From positions 384,001 through 448,000 of the forward strand of contig CAVTHO010000003.1 in NCBI GenBank assembly GCA_963734545.1: a stretch of DNA of 64,000 nucleotides, read 5' to 3'. Of the stretch, positions 21,207-31,091 are shown piece after piece (position 1 is the first letter of the stretch; each line of letters begins with the position of its first letter). The position numbers and the translations under genes are program-made. A model generated the notes under the pieces. That model was not told the DNA's origin, searched no databases, and saw only the letters and a list, made by a program, of their open reading frames with translations. The DNA is from an uncultured Spirochaetota bacterium (GTDB lineage: Bacteria; Spirochaetota; Spirochaetia; SZUA-6; Fen-1364).

Positions 21207-22103
21207 GTGACGTCCCGATCCATTGCGATCATCTTGTGCGCGACAACTCTCGCCCTGCTCCTCGGAGCATGTCCCGCGCACGCGCAAGCTGCTGCGTCAG
21301 GCGTCACTATTGATGCCACGAGCGCGGCCACAGGCACGGATGCCGTTACGTCCGCGTCGGCAGCGGGGACTCGATCCGGCAGCGGCCGTGCCGCGCTCGA
21401 CCTTGCGAGCATTCTGATGGGCCCCGGGTTCATTCTCGCGTGGGTCCTTTTCGCGCTCGGATGCGCATGGCGCGTCATCCAGTTCAGCCGCCTGACCCGG
21501 CTCGCGCAGCACACGCCGGCCGCCGGCGTGCAGCTCACCGCTCCCCGTCCGGAGATTGCTGATCGGGAGTTCCTGCTCAGGGGCGAGTCCTGGCTGGGCC
21601 GACTTTTCTCACGTTATCGAAGATGGGAACGGGGAACCGTTTTCGGCGGCCACCCCGTGATGGCAAGGGTGAGCCTCGTGTTTCACTTGCTTCTTTTCCT
21701 GGTTCCGCTGCTTCTTCCCGCGCACAACAACCTTCTCTCCCGGGCCCTTGGCGTGGGCCTGCCTTCCCTTCCGGCGCCACTACTGGACATGCTGACGCTC
21801 GTCTTTCTGGTCATCGGCGGGTTTTTCCTCGCGCGCAGGATCCTTGTTCCGCGCGTCAGGATCCTCAGTACCCTGGGGGACTACGCCATCCTTCTGCTCG
21901 TTGTGGCGCCGTTCATCACCGCTTACGCGGCCCATCACCGATGGCTCGACTATCACGCGCTTCTCATGGCGCACACGTTCGTCGGGGAAGCGCTGATTGC
22001 CGCCATTCCGTTCACCAAGCTGGGTCATATGCCCTTCCTGATATTCTCGCGCTTCTTCACGGCCTCCGAGTACTCGTTGAAGACGGCGGGCCGCAGGTGG
22101 TAG
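21207..22103 (+). CDS. DsrM/TmcC/NarI-family di-heme cytochrome b with an N-terminal signal peptide and low-complexity extension
   Basis: Five TM helices; four candidate heme His in VFHLL..LPAHN and MAHTF..PFTKLGHM; N-terminal signal peptide ending PAHA/Q. Confidence 0.85.
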   Translation: MTSRSIAIILCATTLALLLGACPAHAQAAASGVTIDATSAATGTDAVTSASAAGTRSGSGRAALDLASILMGPGFILAWVLFALGCAWRVIQFSRLTRLAQHTPAAGVQLTAPRPEIADREFLLRGESWLGRLFSRYRRWERGTVFGGHPVMARVSLVFHLLLFLVPLLLPAHNNLLSRALGVGLPSLPAPLLDMLTLVFLVIGGFFLARRILVPRVRILSTLGDYAILLLVVAPFITAYAAHHRWLDYHALLMAHTFVGEALIAAIPFTKLGHMPFLIFSRFFTASEYSLKTAGRRW

Positions 22104-22105
22104 CA

Positions 22106-22483
22106 ATGGACGCACGGACCCGGGAGAGGATCGCCAGGATCGTCGCGAAAAAGGAGGGATTGATCAGGCTCTCCCTGCAGGCATGCGCGCACTGCGCCTT
22201 CTGCGCGGAGAGCTGCTTCATGTACCGGCAGAGCGGCGGCGATCCCACCTGCACTCCCTCCTACAAGGCAATCAATTCCATCGGGAAGATCTGGCGGAAG
22301 AAAGGGAAGCTGTCAGAGGCGGAATATGCGCGGATCAGGGAACTTGCGTGGGACAAATGCGTGCTGTGCATGCGCTGCTACTGCCCGGTCGGCATCAACA
22401 TCCCGTCCCTGATCGCCGCGGCGCGCGGCGCGTGCAGGGAACAAGGCGTGCTGCGCACCTATGACGCAAAGAGGAACGCCTGA
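22106..22483 (+). CDS. 4Fe-4S dicluster protein (N-terminal domain of DsrK/TmcB/HdrC type), no CCG domain
   Basis: CAHCAFCAESC and CVLCMRCYCP motifs; 125 aa. Confidence 0.88.
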   Translation: MDARTRERIARIVAKKEGLIRLSLQACAHCAFCAESCFMYRQSGGDPTCTPSYKAINSIGKIWRKKGKLSEAEYARIRELAWDKCVLCMRCYCPVGINIPSLIAAARGACREQGVLRTYDAKRNA

Positions 22484-22502
22484 GGGCGGAAGCGAGGAAG
22501 AC

Positions 22503-23228
22503 ATGGTCAAGGCCACACGGAAGCCATTGGAAGAGATATTCGGCATGGTGAAGGGATTCGAGCGCGTGCTGGTTGTCGGCTGCGGCGGATGCACGTCGGT
22601 GTGCCTCGCCGGCGGACAGCGGGAGGTCCTTGCCCTTGCGGATGAGCTTGCCGAATGCGCGCGTCACGAACGGGTGCCCCAGCAGTACGCGTGCTTCGTG
22701 ACGGAGCGCCAGTGCAACCGCGAGTTTCTGGATGACATCGAGGAGCGGGTGGAAAACTGCGACTGCCTGCTGTCCCTGGCCTGCGGCGCGGGCGCCGGCC
22801 TGATGGCGGACGTGTATGCGGCCGTTCCGGTTTTCCCCGCCCTCAATACGATGTTCCTCGGCGCGGACCTGGATGTGGGCCTGTACGAAGAGAGGTGCCG
22901 CACCTGCGGCCAATGCGTGCTGGGTGACACCGGGGGAATCTGCCCGGTGACGCGCTGCTCCAAAGGCTCGCTGAACGGCCCCTGCGGCGGGACGCAGCAG
23001 GACGGCTCCTGCGAGCTGGGGGACGGCATCCACTGCGCGTGGAACGACATCTATGATCGACTGAAAGGACAGGGAAGGCTGGAAAGCATGCAGGTCATCC
23101 GGCCGCCCATGGACTGGATGGAGAAGGGCCCCCGAACCCTTGTCCAGCGGGGCTTCGAAGCCAGGTACGCCAAAAAGCCCGCCGGAATGCCGCCAGGAGC
23201 GGCCGCGGAAAAGGCGCGGCTGCCGTGA
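22503..23228 (+). CDS. metV: Methylenetetrahydrofolate reductase small Fe-S/Zn subunit
   Basis: GCGGC, ERQC, ACGAG, CRTCGQCVL...CPVTRCSKGSLNGPCGG...C...CAW. Confidence 0.9.
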   Translation: MVKATRKPLEEIFGMVKGFERVLVVGCGGCTSVCLAGGQREVLALADELAECARHERVPQQYACFVTERQCNREFLDDIEERVENCDCLLSLACGAGAGLMADVYAAVPVFPALNTMFLGADLDVGLYEERCRTCGQCVLGDTGGICPVTRCSKGSLNGPCGGTQQDGSCELGDGIHCAWNDIYDRLKGQGRLESMQVIRPPMDWMEKGPRTLVQRGFEARYAKKPAGMPPGAAAEKARLP

Positions 23229-24151
23229 GGTCGGGCAGCAATCTGGAAAAGGTCCTTGCCGCGGGTCACTTCGCCGTCACGGCGGAGCTGGGCCCTCCCG
23301 CGGGAGCCGACACCGAGCCGGTGCGGCTGAAAGCGGAGCTCCTGCGCGGCGCCGTGGATGCCGTGAACGTGACGGACAACCAGACGGCGGTCGTCCGCAT
23401 GTCCAGCATTGCCGTCTCATCGCTTCTCGTGCAGATGGGCGTCGAGCCGGTGATGCAGATGGTCTGCCGCGACAGGAATCGCATCGCCATGCAGAGCGAC
23501 ATATTCGGGGCCTCCGCGCTCGGCATCCGCAACCTCACCTGCCTGTCGGGAGACCACCAGAGCTTCGGGAACCAGGCCGGCGCGAAAAAGGTCTATGATA
23601 TCGACTCGGTGCAGCTCGTCGCCATGGTGAAGCGTCTTCGGGACGAGAAGAAGGTCCTGGACAGCGACGAGGAGATCGCCGGCAGCGTGCCGATGTTCAT
23701 CGGCGTGGCGGCCAACCCGTTCGCCCAGCCGTACGAGTTTCGCGCGCTCCGGCTGGCCAAGAAGGTGGCGGCGGGCGCGGACTACGTGCAGACCCAGTGC
23801 GTGTTCGACGTGCCCCGTTTCGCGGAGTGGATGAAGGCCGTGCGCGACCTGGGGCTGCACACCCGGTGCGGAATCCTTGCCGGGGTGACGCCGCTGAAGT
23901 CCGCGGGCATGACCCGCTACATGGCGGAAAGCGTGCCGGGTATCAGCATTCCGGAGCAGATCGTGAAACGGATGAGCGACGCGCCCCGCGGCAAGGCCGC
24001 GGAAACAGGGCTGCAGATCTGCCGGGAAATCATCGAGGAATTGCGCTCGATCGAGGGAGTCGCCGGCATCCATATCATGGCGGTCGAATGGGAGCAGAAG
24101 GTCCGCGAGATCGTGGCAGGGGCCGGTCTTCTCCCGCGGCCACTGGTATAG
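23225..24151 (+). CDS. metF: Methylenetetrahydrofolate reductase
   Basis: VTAELGPP, NVTDN, CRDRNRIAMQS, LSGDH, KKVAAGADYVQTQ, GIHIM. Confidence 0.95.
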   Translation: MRSGSNLEKVLAAGHFAVTAELGPPAGADTEPVRLKAELLRGAVDAVNVTDNQTAVVRMSSIAVSSLLVQMGVEPVMQMVCRDRNRIAMQSDIFGASALGIRNLTCLSGDHQSFGNQAGAKKVYDIDSVQLVAMVKRLRDEKKVLDSDEEIAGSVPMFIGVAANPFAQPYEFRALRLAKKVAAGADYVQTQCVFDVPRFAEWMKAVRDLGLHTRCGILAGVTPLKSAGMTRYMAESVPGISIPEQIVKRMSDAPRGKAAETGLQICREIIEELRSIEGVAGIHIMAVEWEQKVREIVAGAGLLPRPLV

Positions 24152-24180
24152 CCCGCGCGGCCTGGGTAGAATCCCCCCTG

Positions 24181-25563
24181 ATGCAGCCCGTTCCTTCCAC
24201 AGCGCCACGCGGTCTCTCGGGCAGGATCGGAAGAATGTGGGAGCTTTCCGCCCGAAAGATACGCTCGATCGAACGCTCCTATGACCCGTCCCGGGGAGCG
24301 CCGGTATTCACCGCCGGAGGCTCCTGGACCTCGCGCGGCTGGACGGAGTGGACGCAGGGATTCCAGTACGGCTCCGCGCTCCTGCAGTTCGACGCCACGG
24401 GAGAGACGGAATTCCTCGAGATCGGCAGGCGCAACACCCGGGAAAGAATGGGCGTGCATCTCACCCACGTCGGCGTGCACGACCACGGCTTCAACAATGT
24501 GAGCACTTACGGCGGTCTCCTGCGCCTGATGAACGAGGGTCGGATCCCTGAAAACTCATGGGAAAGGGCCTTCTATGAGCTGGCCCTCAAGGTGAGCGGC
24601 GCCGTGCAGGCATCGAGGTGGACACGGACCGCTGACGGCGGCGGGTTCATCTATTCCTTCAACGGTCCCCATTCCCTTTTCGTGGACACTATCCGGTCCC
24701 TGCGCTCACTCGCCCTTTCACACTCGCTGGGCCAGATCTTGATGGAAGAAAACGACCGGAAGGTCTCCCTGCTCTCGAGGCTCGTCCGGCATGCCGCGGC
24801 CACCGCCCGTTTTTCGGTCTTCTACGGCGAAGGCCGTGACGCATATGACGTGCCGGGCAGGGTCACCCACGAGGCGATCTTCAATATCAAGGACGGCACG
24901 TATCGCTGTCCGAGCTCCCAGCAGGGCTATTCGCCATTCAGCACGTGGACTCGGGGGCTTGCCTGGGCAATCCTCGGCTTCGCGGAAGAGCGGGAGTACA
25001 TCGCCGGTGTTCCCGAGCAGGAGCTGGCGGACCTCGGCGGGAAAGGGGAGATCCTTTCCTGGATGCGCCGCGCCCTCGATGTCACCATTGAGTTCTACCT
25101 GGCGAACACGGCCGCGGACGGGATCCCGTATTGGGACACCGGCGCTCCCGGTCTGGAGGGGCTCGGAGCGTGGCGGGAGCGGGATGCGGATCCCTTCAAT
25201 GAAAAGGAACCGGTGGACAGCTCTGCCGCGGCCATTGCCTGCCAGGGTCTCATGCGGTACGGAACCTGCCTCCGGGCGGAGGGGGAGCCGCGAGGGGAGC
25301 GCTTCCTGAACGCGGGCCTCGCCGTGCTCTCCCGGCTCCTCGAAGAGCCTTACCTGAGCACGGCGGACGCGCACCAGGGGCTCCTGCTGCACTCCGTGTA
25401 CCATCGCCCCAACGGCTGGGACAGCATCCCTGCCGGGCGGGCGGTTCCCTGCGGGGAGTCCAGCATGTGGGGTGACTACCACCTGCGGGAGGCTGCCCTC
25501 TTCGCGCAAAGGCTGATGGACGGCGGCGCGCCGCTTGTTTTCTGGAGGAGGAATCCACAATGA
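24181..25563 (+). CDS. Glycoside hydrolase family 88-like (unsaturated glycuronyl hydrolase)
   Basis: WTQGF, HDHGF, WTRGLAW, PYWD, DSSAAAI, WGDY motifs; TAGAAT lies 8 nt upstream of the ATG. Confidence 0.85.
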   Translation: MQPVPSTAPRGLSGRIGRMWELSARKIRSIERSYDPSRGAPVFTAGGSWTSRGWTEWTQGFQYGSALLQFDATGETEFLEIGRRNTRERMGVHLTHVGVHDHGFNNVSTYGGLLRLMNEGRIPENSWERAFYELALKVSGAVQASRWTRTADGGGFIYSFNGPHSLFVDTIRSLRSLALSHSLGQILMEENDRKVSLLSRLVRHAAATARFSVFYGEGRDAYDVPGRVTHEAIFNIKDGTYRCPSSQQGYSPFSTWTRGLAWAILGFAEEREYIAGVPEQELADLGGKGEILSWMRRALDVTIEFYLANTAADGIPYWDTGAPGLEGLGAWRERDADPFNEKEPVDSSAAAIACQGLMRYGTCLRAEGEPRGERFLNAGLAVLSRLLEEPYLSTADAHQGLLLHSVYHRPNGWDSIPAGRAVPCGESSMWGDYHLREAALFAQRLMDGGAPLVFWRRNPQ

Positions 25564-26006
25564 CCGTGGCGGATCTCTCGAAGATCGCGGGCCGCGCGTA
25601 TCCTGCCGGGCGCAGGACGCAGAACCTCGTGGGAGGCGCCTCCCCGATCCAGGCGAAAAACTTCTGCATGGGTCACGTCACGCTCGACCCGGAGGGAGGG
25701 CAGGTGCCCTGGCACAACCACGAACAGGAAGAGGTGTACTTCATTGTCCGCGGAACCGGGGAGGCGTGCATGGGAGACGAGCGCATCGTGCTCTCGGCCG
25801 GCCAGGCCCTGTACGTGCCGCCGAACGTCTTCCACCAGCTCACCAATACCGGAAAGGACGCGCTTCTCATGGTGTATGTCTATGCTCCTGCAGGGGACGT
25901 GGCGCACTGGCGCCAGGAGCTGGACGGCACCCTGCCGAAGGCAGGGATCGACGCGCCGCCATTGCCGGCAGGGGCACGGCCGCAGCGGGGGGAGGCTCCC
26001 CGGTGA
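25560..26006 (+). CDS. Cupin domain protein
   Basis: WHNHEQEEVY and PPNVFH cupin motifs. Confidence 0.9.
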   Translation: MTVADLSKIAGRAYPAGRRTQNLVGGASPIQAKNFCMGHVTLDPEGGQVPWHNHEQEEVYFIVRGTGEACMGDERIVLSAGQALYVPPNVFHQLTNTGKDALLMVYVYAPAGDVAHWRQELDGTLPKAGIDAPPLPAGARPQRGEAPR

Positions 26007-27160
26007 ACACTCGCACTGTCGGCATCATCATGAACGGCGTCACCGGCCGGATGGGCACGAACCAGCACCTGTTGCGCTCCATCGTTCCCCTCATCCAGCA
26101 GGGCGGGGTGAAGGCGGACAAGGACACCCTGATCGTGCCCGAGCCGCTCCTGGTGGGCCGCAATGCGGACAAGCTCGCGCAGGTGGCGCGGAGCGCCGGG
26201 CTTTCCCGCTGGACCACGGATCTCGATGCCGCGCTCTCCGACCCGAAGATGAGCGTGTACTTCGACGCCCAGACAACGCTGAACCGCGCGGCAAGCGTGA
26301 CCCGGGCCATTGCGGCGGGCAAGCACATCTATTGCGAGAAGCCCACGGCCACGAGCACCCGGGAGGCATACGCGCTCTATGAGCGGGCGCACCGGAAGGG
26401 AGTGAAGCACGGCGTGGTGCAGGACAAGCTGTGGCTCCCCGGGCTGATGAAGCTGGCCGACCTCAAGGCCAGGGGGTTCTTCGGCCGGATCCTCTCTGTG
26501 CGCGGCGAGTTCGGCTACTGGGTCTATGAAGGAGACCTCATCCCCGGGCAGCGGCCTTCCTGGAACTACAAGAAGGAGGAAGGCGGCGGGATCGTCGTCG
26601 ACATGCTCTGCCATTGGCGCTACGTGCTGGACAACCTGTTCGGCGCGGTGAAGGCCGTCTCCTGTCTGGCCGCCACGCACATCCCCGAGCGATGGGACGA
26701 GACCGGGGCGCCCTATCGATGCACTGCCGAGGACTCCGCCTACAGCACCTTCGAGTTGGAAGGGGGGACCGTGGCCCACTTCAACTCGTCCTGGGACGTG
26801 CGGGTGCGTCGGGACGACCTTCTCACCCTGCAGGTGGACGGGACGCTTGGCTCGGCCGTTGCCGGGCTTCGCGACTGCTGGATCCAGCCGTATGGCGCAA
26901 CGCCCCGGCCCGTGTGGAACCCCGACATCCCCAACCCGATCGACTTCCTTGCTTCCTGGCAGAAGGTGCCTGAGCAGAGGCAATACGACAATGCGTTCAA
27001 GGCGCAGTGGGAGCTGTTCCTCCGGCACGTTGTGCTCGACGAGCCGTTCCGCTGGGACCTGCGGGAAGGGGCCAAGGGCGTCCAGCTCGCGGAAAAAGGG
27101 CTGGAGTCCTCCGAGAAGCGGTGCTGGGTCGATGTGCCTCCCCTGGCTGAGGCCGGCTGA
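26003..27160 (+). CDS. Gfo/Idh/MocA family oxidoreductase
   Basis: NGVTGRMG, KHIYCEKP, GGGIVVDMLCH. Confidence 0.92.
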   Translation: MNTRTVGIIMNGVTGRMGTNQHLLRSIVPLIQQGGVKADKDTLIVPEPLLVGRNADKLAQVARSAGLSRWTTDLDAALSDPKMSVYFDAQTTLNRAASVTRAIAAGKHIYCEKPTATSTREAYALYERAHRKGVKHGVVQDKLWLPGLMKLADLKARGFFGRILSVRGEFGYWVYEGDLIPGQRPSWNYKKEEGGGIVVDMLCHWRYVLDNLFGAVKAVSCLAATHIPERWDETGAPYRCTAEDSAYSTFELEGGTVAHFNSSWDVRVRRDDLLTLQVDGTLGSAVAGLRDCWIQPYGATPRPVWNPDIPNPIDFLASWQKVPEQRQYDNAFKAQWELFLRHVVLDEPFRWDLREGAKGVQLAEKGLESSEKRCWVDVPPLAEAG

Positions 27161-27933
27161 TGGCCGCGCGCGTGGCGCTGGTGACAGGAGGAACGCGCGG
27201 CATCGGCCTGGGCTGCGCGGAGGCGCTCGGCAGGGAGGGATGGGACCTCGTGCTGTGCGGGCTCCGTTCCGAGGCGGAGGTGCGGCCCGTTCTGGAGAAG
27301 CTTCGGGGTGAGGGGAGCCAGGTCCTCTACATCCAGGCGGACATCGGCGACGACGAGACGCCGCAGCGCCTGGTATCCGGCGTGCACGAGCGCTTCGGCA
27401 GGCTCGACGTCCTGGTGAACAACGCGGGTGTGGCGCCTCGGGAGAGGAAAGACATTCTCGAAGCCCTGCCGGAGAGCTTTGACAGGCTCATGCGGATAAA
27501 CCTCCGCGGCCCCTACTTCCTCACGCAGGCTGCCGCACGGTACATGGTGAAGGCCCGCGAGCAGGGAAGGGGGACGGGCGGCTGCATCGTATTCATCACA
27601 TCCATGTCCGCCGCCGTGGCGTCCACGAACCGCGGGGAGTATTGCATCTCGAAGGCCGGGCTGAGCATGGCGAGCCTTCTGTGGGCAACGCGTCTTGCGG
27701 AGGAAGGCATCACGGTCTACGAGGTGCGCCCCGGCATCATACGCACCGACATGACTTCCGGTGTCGCTGCGAAATACGATACCCTGATCAGCCAGGGCCT
27801 GACGCTCCAGAGAAGATGGGGCACTCCGCAGGATGTCGGCCGCTGCGTTGCCATGCTCGCCCGGGGAGACCTGCCGTACTCGACGGGACAGGTGATCGGA
27901 GTGGATGGGGGACTCACCGTTCAGAGGCTTTGA
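27160..27933 (+). CDS. SDR oxidoreductase (3-ketoacyl-ACP reductase-like)
   Basis: TGGTRGIG, NNAG, YCISK. Confidence 0.92.
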   Translation: MAARVALVTGGTRGIGLGCAEALGREGWDLVLCGLRSEAEVRPVLEKLRGEGSQVLYIQADIGDDETPQRLVSGVHERFGRLDVLVNNAGVAPRERKDILEALPESFDRLMRINLRGPYFLTQAAARYMVKAREQGRGTGGCIVFITSMSAAVASTNRGEYCISKAGLSMASLLWATRLAEEGITVYEVRPGIIRTDMTSGVAAKYDTLISQGLTLQRRWGTPQDVGRCVAMLARGDLPYSTGQVIGVDGGLTVQRL

Positions 27934-27986
27934 CGCGCGCGGCTTCGCGGCGGCTCGGCCTCGCTGCCCCCGGCAGCCTCGCGCCT

Positions 27987-29555
27987 TCAGCGGCCCCGCA
28001 GCAGGTCCGCCGCGCGCTCCGCGATCATGATGGTCGTTGCGTTCGTGTTGCAGCGGACGATTTCCGGCATGAGGGAGGCGTCCACCACCGAGAGCCCTTC
28101 TGTTCCGATCACCGCGCAATCCGGGTCCACTACCGCGTTCGGGTCGCTCGCCGCGCCCATCCTGCACGTCCCGACCGGGTGAAAGTACTGCGCGCACTGG
28201 GCAAGAATCGCGGCGTCGAGATCGTCGTCCCGCGGGAAGGCGCTGACGGCCCGCCCCTTGCCGCCCCGCGGGGCAAAGTTTGCCTCTCCCTCTATCGCTT
28301 CCTTCAGCGCGCCTTCCTGCACGAGCTCGAACAGGTGCCGCAGTCCCTGGCGGACCCGCACCAGGTCCCTTTTGTCCGACAGCATTCCCACATTCACGAA
28401 GGGGCTGCGCTTCGGATCCGCGGATTCGAGCGCCACGCTCCCCGAGGAGTAGACGGAGCCGAGGCCCATCACGAGGCCGCCGGTTTCCCGGGCCGCCTCC
28501 GTCGTGCCGATGAAGCTCTGCGTGTGCACGTTCAGGTCGTTCTTCAGGCTGTGGGGAGTGTCCGAGGTCCAGAGAAGGAGGATCGAGGAGAAGAAGTCGC
28601 GCGGGGCCGGAGCGGGCGCGCGGTGACTCTCCTTCAGCGTGAATGTCACGGTGAGGAGCGGATGGTCGAAGAGACGGCCGAGGCCGGGACGATCGCTCAC
28701 GAGGGTTGCGCCGAGGCGGTGCACCTGCTCCGCCTGCCCGATGCCTGACCTCAGGAGGATGGCAGGCGTGAAGACCGCGCCGGCGCAGAGGATGACCCTG
28801 CGGGCCTTGTATGTCTCCTGCCGTCCCGCGACCAGCGCGCGTACTCCCGTGGCCTTCCTGCCCTCGAACAGGACCGCGTCCACCAGGGAATCTCCCTGAA
28901 TCGCGAGGTTCTCCCTTTGCCGGGCAGGCTCCAGGTAGGCGTCGTTCGTGGAGACCCTCTTGCCGTCACGCACGTTGTAGGGCACGGTCGTGATGCCCGA
29001 AGCCCCGGGCGCGTTGAAGTCCAGGTCAGCGGACTCCCGGTGTCCCCGCTGCATTGCCGCTTCATGGAACGCGAGATCGAGCGGCTTCCACGCTCCGCGC
29101 GATGGGCGCCAGACCGGTATGGGGCCGCTGGTGCCGTGGCAGTCGCGGTCCGCGGGCGCAAGGTCGCTTTCAGCCCGCACGAAATACTTCAGGGCTTCCT
29201 TTCCCGACCATCCCCGGCAGCCGAGGGCTTCCCACCGATCGAAATCGTCCAGCGGCGGCCGCACGTAAAACAGCGCGTTCACGGTGGAGCCCCCGCCCAG
29301 GCCCTTTCCCACCCAGTACTGCTCAGGCTGCTTTGCCTCGGTCAGCCGGCCCTTGAGGTCCTGCCAGAAAAACTCCGGACGCTGGAATGCATGAAAGAAA
29401 TTGAGACTGCGGATCTCTTCCGGCGCGTCGGCGCTTCTCCAGTTCTTTCCCGCCTCGAGGAGCAGGACCGACGACCTCCCGTCTTCGCTCAACCGGTTGG
29501 CAACAACGCTGCCGGCAGACCCCCCGCCGACAACGACAAAGTCCCAGGTGCGCAT
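27987..29555 (-). CDS. GMC family FAD oxidoreductase (choline/alcohol dehydrogenase-like)
   Basis: VVGGGSAG, GKGLGGGSTVN, LLRSGIG, HPVGTCRMG, VDASLMP, NTNATT. Confidence 0.92.
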   Translation of the reverse strand: MRTWDFVVVGGGSAGSVVANRLSEDGRSSVLLLEAGKNWRSADAPEEIRSLNFFHAFQRPEFFWQDLKGRLTEAKQPEQYWVGKGLGGGSTVNALFYVRPPLDDFDRWEALGCRGWSGKEALKYFVRAESDLAPADRDCHGTSGPIPVWRPSRGAWKPLDLAFHEAAMQRGHRESADLDFNAPGASGITTVPYNVRDGKRVSTNDAYLEPARQRENLAIQGDSLVDAVLFEGRKATGVRALVAGRQETYKARRVILCAGAVFTPAILLRSGIGQAEQVHRLGATLVSDRPGLGRLFDHPLLTVTFTLKESHRAPAPAPRDFFSSILLLWTSDTPHSLKNDLNVHTQSFIGTTEAARETGGLVMGLGSVYSSGSVALESADPKRSPFVNVGMLSDKRDLVRVRQGLRHLFELVQEGALKEAIEGEANFAPRGGKGRAVSAFPRDDDLDAAILAQCAQYFHPVGTCRMGAASDPNAVVDPDCAVIGTEGLSVVDASLMPEIVRCNTNATTIMIAERAADLLRGR

Positions 29556-30991
29556 CAGAACTTCATGCAGATGGTGGACTGCTCGCTGTAGAAGTCGAGG
29601 CTGAACAGCCCGCCCTGCCTGCCGATGCCGCTCTCCTTCATGCCGCCGTAGGGGGTCCGCGGGTCTCGCAGGAACCACGTGTTGACCCAGGTGAGCCCGG
29701 CCTCGATCTGCTCCGCCACCCGGAACGCCCTCTTCGCGTCGCTGGTCCAGAGCGAGGCGCTCAGGCCGTAGCGCGTGTCATTGGCCTTGCGGATCACTTC
29801 CTCTTCCGTGTCGAACGGCTCCACGGTGACGACGGGACCGAACACTTCCTCGCACATGATCCGCGAGGCAGGCTTCGCGCCCGTGATGATCGTGGGCTCC
29901 ACGAAGTAGCCGCGGGCGATCCCTTTCGGGCGTCCTCCGCCGGCCAGGATGGCCGCCCCGTCCTTCCGGGCGAGCTCGATATAGCTCATGACCCGGTCGT
30001 AGTGCTCCCTGCTGATGAGCGCCCCCACGTTCGTCTTCGGCTGCAGCGGATCTCCCACGACCTGTTCCCTGGTTTTTGCGAGGAACTTTTCCATGAACTG
30101 ATCGTAGATCGGGCGCTGCACGTACGCGCGGGAGCCGCTGAGGCAGATCTCCCCCTGGTTGAGGAAGCTTGCCCGCACCGTGGCCTCCACCACCTCGTCC
30201 ACGGCGCAGTCCGCGAAAACGATGTTCGGGTTCTTGCCGCCGAGCTCGAAGGAGACTTTTTTCAGGTTGCCCGAAGCGGCCTGCATGATGCTCGTGCCGG
30301 TCGTGGTCTCTCCGGTGAAGGAGATCGCGCCGATTCCGGGGTGGCGTGCGATTGCCTCTCCCGCCGAGTCCCGGCCGAACCCGTGCACGACATTGACCAC
30401 GCCGTCAGGAACACCGGCCTGGGCGCAGATCTCGGCCAGGACCGTGGCGGTCATGGGGGTCCACTCCGCGGGCTTGAGGACGGCCGCGTTTCCCATTGCG
30501 AGGCAGGGCGCCAGCTTCGCGCTGAGCAGGAGCAGGGGGAGGTTCCACGGGTTGATGAGCCCGACCACCCCGATCGGCCTCCGCAGGACGTAGTTCAGTG
30601 CGCCGGCCTCCATCGGGTAGGCCTCTGTACCCATCGTGGAAATGAGGTTCGCGAAGAACTGGTAGCTGCCGGCCGCCCGTGGGATGTCGACGTTCGTGGC
30701 GAGCCACAATGGCTTGCCCGTGTCCAGGGCTTCGAGCATTGCGAGCTCGTCCCTGCGCTGAAGGATCAGGTCGCTGATCTTCCGCAGTATGGCCGCGCGC
30801 TCACTGAGCTTTGTGGTCTTCCATCCTCCGGCAAAGGCCTTGTGCGCCGCCTCGACCGCCATCTCGACCTCCGCGGCACCCCCTTCGGCCACGGTTCCGA
30901 GCACTTCCTCGGTGGCCGGGTTTATATTCTCGAAGCTCTTGTTGTTGCGCGATGCAATCCGGTTCCCGCCGATGAAGTGGAGACAATCCAT
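29555..30991 (-). CDS. Aldehyde dehydrogenase (2-hydroxymuconate semialdehyde dehydrogenase-like)
   Basis: PWNLP, FTGETTTG, ELGGKN, catalytic Cys in NQGEICL, EEVFGP, WFLRDPRTPYGG. Confidence 0.92.
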   Translation of the reverse strand: MDCLHFIGGNRIASRNNKSFENINPATEEVLGTVAEGGAAEVEMAVEAAHKAFAGGWKTTKLSERAAILRKISDLILQRRDELAMLEALDTGKPLWLATNVDIPRAAGSYQFFANLISTMGTEAYPMEAGALNYVLRRPIGVVGLINPWNLPLLLLSAKLAPCLAMGNAAVLKPAEWTPMTATVLAEICAQAGVPDGVVNVVHGFGRDSAGEAIARHPGIGAISFTGETTTGTSIMQAASGNLKKVSFELGGKNPNIVFADCAVDEVVEATVRASFLNQGEICLSGSRAYVQRPIYDQFMEKFLAKTREQVVGDPLQPKTNVGALISREHYDRVMSYIELARKDGAAILAGGGRPKGIARGYFVEPTIITGAKPASRIMCEEVFGPVVTVEPFDTEEEVIRKANDTRYGLSASLWTSDAKRAFRVAEQIEAGLTWVNTWFLRDPRTPYGGMKESGIGRQGGLFSLDFYSEQSTICMKF

Positions 30992-31091
30992 CCCTTTGAC
31001 TGATTTCGGTTCCATGGAGGAAAGATCGACATCGACGGAATGGTCGTCAATCGATTCCGAACGGGACGGAGACGAGGGGGCCTCGAATGGA

